Shown: piece after piece, positions 21,100 to 26,817 of the stretch
Layout: every line of letters starts with the position of its first letter
Position numbering within the stretch: position 1 is the first letter of the stretch
Assembly (NCBI RefSeq): GCF_004010195.1
Contig: NC_057752.1
Span: 1,443,902 to 1,470,718, forward strand
Reading direction: 5' to 3'
DNA from: Chiloscyllium plagiosum
Taxonomy: Eukaryota
DNA length: 26,817 bases
Made by a program: the position numbers and the translations under genes
Notes under the pieces: model-generated
What the model was told of the DNA's origin: nothing
Database searches by the model: none
What the model saw: the letters and a program-made list of their open reading frames with translations, nothing else

Positions 21100-21993
21100 T
21101 GACCTGGTTAGATGAACAAAGAGACCTTGGAGTGCAGGCTCATCGTGCCTTGAAAGTAGAGTCACAGGTAGATAGGATAGTGAAGAAGGCGTTTGGTATG
21201 CTTTCCTTTATTGGTCAAGGCATGGAGTATAGGGGTTGGGAGGTCCTGTTGCAGCTGTACAGGACATTGGTTAGGACAATTTTGGAATATTGTGTGCAAT
21301 TCTGGTCTCCTTCCTATCGGAAAGATGTTGTGAAACTTGAAAGGGTTCAGAAAAGATTTACAAGGATGTTGCCAGGGTTGGAGGGTTTGAGCTATAGGGA
21401 GAAGCTGAACAGGCTGGGGCTGTTTTCCCTGGAGTGTCGGAGGCATAAGGCTGACCTTAGAGGTTTATAAAATCATGAGGAGCATGGATAGGATAAATAG
21501 ATAAGGCATTTTCCGTGGGGTGCGGGAGTCCAGAACGAGAGGGCATAGGATTAGGGTGAGAGGGGAAAGATATAAAAGGGACCTAAGGGGCAACTTTTTC
21601 CCCCAGAGGGTGGTACGTGTATGGAATGAGCTGCCAGAGGAAGTGGTGGAGGCTGGTACAATTACAGCATTTAAAAGGCATCTGGATGGGGACATGAATA
21701 GGAAGGGTTTTGAGAAGAACTGTAGCTCAGGTTGAGGTTCTGGATTTAAGTTTGCTCGCTGAGCTGGAAGGTTCATTTTCAGACATTTCGTCACCGAGCC
21801 TCCGGGTGAAGGCTTCATCCGGAGGCTCACGGTGTGAAAACGAACCTTCCGCCTCAGCGAGCAAACCTCCAGAATAGGAAGGGATATGGGCCAAGTGCTG
21901 GCAAATGGGACTCGAATAGGTTAGGATATCTGGTCCATGGAGGAGTTGGACTGAAAGGTCTGTTTCCGTACTGTACATCTCTATGACTCTATG
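21100..21993 (+). mobile_element. CR1/HER1-type LINE 3' fragment
   Basis: EQRDLGVQ...LQLYRTLVRTILEYCVQFWSP...LERVQKRFTRMLPGL and RGNFFPQRVVRVWNELP. (CTCTATGA)n tail. Confidence 0.93.
21715..21871. mobile_element. PLE-derived fold-back element (3671-3935 family) inserted in CR1
   Basis: Outer inverted repeat about 21749-21781/21835-21867 and inner hairpin 21796-21828. Homologous to 3811-3910. GAATAGGAAGGG is repeated on both sides. Confidence 0.8.
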
Positions 21994-22508
21994 ACAGATG
22001 TCACAAAGCAGTTGTAGACAGGCTACATAAAATATATGGGCTTGTGCAAGACAGGTGACACACTGTGTCAGCAGATCTCCTGGCAGGAGTAGATACAAGC
22101 AGCAGCAGCAGCAGCACCTTGTTAATGCAATCTACCTGCTATGGTACCTGTTCTGTCATGCACAACATTTCCAAAGTTACTTTCTCAGCAATACTAAACA
22201 TCAGAATTCAATAGCTACCCAATGGTTTCCAGAGAAGTGCAAAGCTCAGCGGAAACAATTTAAAGACTATGGCAGGTTTACAAATCAATTTAGACACAAA
22301 TTGGTTTGTTTGTGCTGGATAGATATTGCCACTCATCAGAGGCAGGAACATTTAAAAAAAGCTTCTGCCATTTTCATTTCTACCTACCAGGAAATGCAGA
22401 CATAAAGAATTGCCAGAAGCCACTGCAAAACACAGACATTTCACCAGAATTATGAACCTGAAATTGAAACAAATTTGCTCACAGAGAGAGGTAGCAGTGC
22501 CATGATAG

Positions 22509-23386
22509 TGCTAAAATATGCAATTTTCAATTTCCACTATCAAATTTTAATCTCCAAGACCTTTCGTGGATGAAAATGGGTTTTCAAAAATGGAGAAAAC
22601 AATGATTTAAAAGGCCCATAGTGGTCACCTGACAAGACTGAACCAAGCTCATGAAACCAATGTGAGATAAACAGTCTGAACCAAAACTAACATCCTCTGA
22701 TATTCAGTCAGGCATGAAGAAACCCTTGTCTCCTAGTTTTGATTTTCACCTTTCTGGAAGTTTATACACTTGGATAATCTGCAGGCAATTTTCATCAATC
22801 CTGAAAAAGCAATGAGGCCAGACATGGAAATACACATATAAACTGCATTGCAGACAAATTGCTTACTGGAATTCTCTCTCTCTACAATTGTGGTCTCAGG
22901 CTCAACTATAACAACTGAAGGATTCCAAGAACTTTTTAAACTTCCTACTCCTGATCATTCTTCTGGATTTGCCATTCTGCCCTTCTTAAGCCACGTCTGT
23001 GTGTGTTTTTGATGTTGTGTTTTATTAGTTTTTCCTTGGGGTTACTGGTAATTAAAATTTATCTTTATTTCAGTCAAGAATGGATGGATATATGAATAGG
23101 AAGGGTTTGGAGGGATATGGACTGGGTGCTGGCAAGTGGGACTAGATTAGGTTGGGATATCTGGTTGGCATGGACAAGTTGGACCGAATGGTCTGTTTCC
23201 GTGCTATACATCTCTGTGACTGTGACTGAATACCATGCAATTGGCTCCTTAAAATTTGATATACTGACTTCATTTTAATGGAAGTATGAAAAACCTGCAT
23301 GCTAAAAATAAGATATATTTATTGTGACTGACCAAGGGGGTTCAAAAGAAGGGAACCGATTCACCCCTTTTCACCTGGTCGTAACA
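22509..23386 (+). mobile_element. Possible old solo LTR interrupted by a CR1 tail; left boundary uncertain
   Basis: Ends in GGTCGTAACA, an LTR-like terminus. Internal layout resembles 13289-14165. No clean TSD. Confidence 0.3.
23081..23228 (+). mobile_element. CR1/HER1 3' tail fragment
   Basis: TGGATGGATATATGAATAGGAAGGGTTTGGAGGGATATGG...CATCTCTGTGACTGTGACT matches the ends of the 21100 and 26325 elements. Confidence 0.9.
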
Positions 23387-23412
23387 TTAGAACATGAAAT
23401 GTTTTCTGTATG

Positions 23413-23924
23413 TGTGGTGTAAAATTATGTCCCAATACATGTGTGAATCATAATGTAACACATGTATTGGGCCAAGCAGTGGAATGTGGTGAAACGGTTA
23501 AAAATTATGTCCCAATACATGTGTGAATCTAACCGGAATGGAGGTGTTGCTTAGTCCCGTGTGAATCTTCTTATCTGTATGTAACCAGAATGGAATGTGT
23601 TTTTTAGCCTTGCTCTGCTGTTCACATGAATGTTTATATCTGGAAAAGAGTATATCAGCTGGAAAAGTCTCCAGTTCGCTGAGTCTGCTCCGGGGTTACG
23701 TTTAACCGCCGAGCGTGGGTTGTTGGCAACCGCTCTACGAGAACTGACGGCTCCCAGTTCCGGTAACATGTAGAGTGAGTATAAGCCAGACCCGTTGTTT
23801 GGACCTGGTTGTGGCGACGCTGCGGGGAATAAAATGCCCATATTCTAGCAGACTCGCCTCTTGGTCGTTTGTTCTGTGTCAGACTACTCTCCTACGAACC
23901 TGACCTTGAGAATTTTTTAAAACA
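23413..23924 (+). mobile_element. Young solo LTR (512 bp) of an endogenous retrovirus or LTR retrotransposon
   Basis: TGT...ACA termini, perfect 5-bp TSD GTATG (23408-23412 and 23925-23929), U3-like repeats, TATA-like element at about 23651, AATAAA at 23828-23833, and CpG-rich interior. Confidence 0.85.
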
Positions 23925-23959
23925 GTATGTTAATAATGAAGGAGAGATCAGATTATAAT

Positions 23960-24120
23960 TTCAAAAGGGACAGTCCTGGATCAACATCTGAAAATGGGAG
24001 AATATAATAAAAGGGTTTGGAGAGTGAGCAGAAAAATGAAATTGGGACAAGTAGTTCCCATAGAACTGGCACCAACAAAACTGACTGAATGGCCTCTTCC
24101 TGCATCGTGGTTCTGATCGA
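23960..24120 (+). mobile_element. Old CR1/L2-like 3' tail remnant
   Basis: GACTGAATGGCCTCTTCCTG resembles the terminal stem-loop motif of the other LINE tails in this window. Confidence 0.35.
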
Positions 24121-24404
24121 AAAGAATTCTGCAATATTCTTACTATCACTGGCAGTGCACTGCAATCAAATTTACAAAACACACACTAATGGCAACCAAG
24201 GCCAGATATCCCTTTTGCTTTCATTCCAAAATTGAACATGGGAGTCCAAATGGCCTAATTTAACCAGCTTAGATCTTAGCGAGGAGATTCAACATGTTTT
24301 TGCCAAGTACTTCATTCAGGCAGGGGTCCAAAAGAAAAATCAGATCCTAAACTTTCAGAAGCTTTAACCAGCTGCACTCCACATTGCAGCTACTCTATCT
24401 TAAT

Positions 24405-24639
24405 TGATATAACTCCATGAAGGCTGGTATTCTGTCATCAAGTCACCTTTTATTTAAATGAGCATAGTACAAGATACTGACCCAGCTAGCTTAGAGCTGG
24501 CTCCTAGATTGACCAAAACCCCTGGATATTCCTATTTCTATCTGTCAGCCAGGACTCCGAGTGGGGCTGTTAACCTGGTCCACCCAGGGAACTCACTCTT
24601 AATGAGATCCGACTGGCTGACCTCATTCCAATCACTACA
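24405..24639 (-). mobile_element. Short solo LTR (235 bp)
   Basis: TG...CA termini, perfect 5-bp TSD TTAAT (24400-24404 and 24640-24644), and minus-strand AATAAA about 45 nt from the 3' end. Confidence 0.75.
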
Positions 24640-24837
24640 TTAATGATGGCTTGAATTTCAAAATATGCTCTGGAACTGTCTCTTTTATAATCAGTTTAAC
24701 AAGTTCAAAAGGTACCCATAGCATGTAAGGTGCTACCAAATGTAGAGTTCCCTCCTACATTGTTCACAGGAGTAGATTTGATACAAATCACTATTTGTAC
24801 AAGAGATATAAAAATTAAATCCAGTACTAGAAGAATT

Positions 24838-24906
24838 AAAGGCAGCTTTCTAAGCACTGTTATAACATGTATAAAAGGCAGCTTTCTAAGCACTGATATA
24901 ACATGT
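24838..24906. repeat. Tandem duplication with 36-bp period
   Basis: AAAGGCAGCTTTCTAAGCACTG(T/A)TATAACATGT at 24838-24870 and 24874-24906. Confidence 0.95.
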
Positions 24907-26036
24907 TCTGTTCCCCAGGTTCTCTGTTTGTATCCCGTTTAGAGCATACCTGGAACCAATGGTAAGTGTCATACAGAATGCTGGTTAACAATTACTCACT
25001 GTACATTCAGTTTGTGTAAGTGGAGCAGTATTGGTTAATGCAAGTGATATTAGCCTGTCTAACATTTCCTTCTGTATGCAGGTTTCTGGCCTCAATCTGG
25101 CAGCTTTATTTATGCTATCACTTTCTGGTAACATTAAAATACCAACAAGTAATGGGTTCGGAAATGTCTTCAGCAGCTTTCAAGATATTCACAGAAATCC
25201 TCCATTGTGGGGGGAGGTGCTGAGTGGAGACAAACTGCTGCCTCATTATAGGTGGAATCTTCAGTTACAGAATCTAGGTTCAGCTTGAGCAGCTGTACAG
25301 TTCACAGTTCATTGTACATCCATGTGCAAGTCATTCAGCAAATCTCGTTTTAAACAAGCAGGAAGCCAACACCTCAAACATGACCTTAAGGAGTTGGAGG
25401 TCCTTGGCGCCAAAGGACACCTCAACAGGCAAGCATTCACTGCAAGCCAGAAACAGCACTCAGGCCCTAGGCGGGGACACCTGCAGCGAAACATTCTGGC
25501 CATTATACTCTTCCCTGGTCAGCCTGCATCCCTGGGCCAACCTCCTGAATAATTACCACTTGCATTCCAGTCTCCAACCTTCGGTCATCTTCCATGCTGT
25601 GTGTAACTTCGACTGCCCACCAGCCAGCCTAAACTATCATGGCATGTGATAGACAAATGCTCTCCAAAGAAGACAGAGCAGTGGCTACTCAGTCCTGAGG
25701 CCAGCAAGGACCTCTCCTGCCACACGCTGCTCATATGCAGTTGTGAACTGGAAGATACATACTGCTTGTGCAGGGAGAACTTAATTGCAAAAGGTTCAGC
25801 ACACTATCCATATTCTAAATTTTAGCATCCCACTCAATTAAGGTCACCTGTTTCTCACTCTTCCTGCTCTTCAGATCAGCACAAGATTCCACACTATGAA
25901 ACAGAAAGGGAATCAGTTCAGGTCAGTTCCATACAACTTCTGGTAACCAGTTAAATGTGGACTCACAGAGACACAGAATGATAAATATTGATGCAGGCCA
26001 ATCAACCTCTTGTCTGTACTGAACCTTCAGTAGTGG

Positions 26037-26146
26037 AGCTCCTGTGGCATGGTGATAGTGTCCCTATCTCTGAGCCAGGAGTTCAAGTCTCACGTGCTCC
26101 AAAGATGTATCAAAACATCTCCAAACAGGCTGACATAGAAAATATC
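26037..26146 (+). mobile_element. Short tRNA-like SINE
   Basis: TGTGGCATGGTGATAGTGTCCCT...GAGTTCAAGTC...AAACAGGCTGA is similar to 7487 and 8661. Confidence 0.6.
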
Positions 26147-26324
26147 TGAGCCTTTACCCTTTAATAGAGCTATTCTATTAATCCCTGCCCTTTCCTTTAA
26201 AGTAATTATCCTATTAACCAGCCAGGTTCCTCTGCCTACAATCTCAAGTGAGGAACAATAGCAAAGGTCTGGGCAAGAATTTGATTTTTGGAATTGCAAC
26301 GACCCTTTTCAATCCTTACCAACA

Positions 26325-26817
26325 TCATAGAGATGTACAGCATGGAAACATGCTTCGGTCCAACCCGTCCATGACAACCAGATATCCCAACCCAATCTAG
26401 TCCCACCTGCCAGCACCCGGCCCATATCCCTCCAAACCCTTCCTATTCATATACCCATCCAAATGCCTCTTAAATGTTGCAATTGTACCAGCCTCCACCA
26501 CTTCCTCTGGCAGCTCATTCCATACATGTACCACCCTCTGCGTGAAAAAGTTGCCCCTTCGGACTCTCTCATATCTTTCCCCTCTCACCCTAAACCCATG
26601 TCGTCTAATTCTGGACTCACCGACCCCAGGGAAAAGACTTTGCCTATTTACCCTAACCGTGCCCCTCATTTTTGTAAACCTCTATATGGTCGCCCCCTCA
26701 GCCGCCGACGCTTCAGGGAAAACAGACCCAGCCTGTTCAGCCTCTCCCTGTAGCTCAGATCCTCCAACCCTGGCAACATCCTTGTAAATCTTTTCTGAAC
26801 CCTTTCAAGTTTCACAA
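26325..26817 (-). mobile_element. CR1/HER1-type LINE 3' end, running off the window
   Basis: LFPGVGESRIRRHGFRVRGERY...RGNFFTQRVVHVWNELPEEVVEAG; reverse complement of the 21100 element. Confidence 0.93.

Noticed and set aside
22078..22098. Similarity to the U1 snRNA 5' region (CCTGGCAGG..AGATAC)
   Set aside because: Short, gapped match with no ATACTTAC start, Sm site or downstream U1 sequence.
24838..24906. CRISPR-like direct repeat
   Set aside because: Only two copies with a 3-nt gap in vertebrate DNA; a simple tandem duplication.
25180..25550. GC-richer stretch with short ORFs on both strands
   Set aside because: Frames are interrupted by stops, no motif was recognised, and the hairpins are weak.

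Overview
Repeat-rich non-coding vertebrate DNA, most likely an intron or intergenic stretch from a shark or other elasmobranch. This is inferred from HE1-type V-SINEs and HER1/CR1-type LINE tails. I found no credible host protein-coding exon; the long ORFs that I can assign come from decayed retroelements. The window holds about 6 V-SINEs, 2 Deu-type SINEs, several short tRNA-like SINEs, about 6 CR1 3' fragments, one Rex1/Babar-like fragment, one RTE endonuclease fragment, and 3-4 solo LTRs. The main result is a set of at least 9 short Penelope-like (PLE) derived elements from about 4 sequence families. Each carries a minimal type I hammerhead ribozyme motif (CUGANGA-N-stem II-GAAA-palindromic stem III) or a remnant of one. 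One copy (12907-12941) has an intact core. Several copies are fold-backs that turn at the ribozyme, and several have 10-15 bp target-site duplications (TSDs). Other points of interest are a young CpG-rich solo LTR with an apparently fully folded R region, unexplained arrays of adjacent hairpins (best at 6230-6419), and a pair of paralogous unique segments (about 17972 and 22038). All family names come from recall and manual inspection, not database searches.
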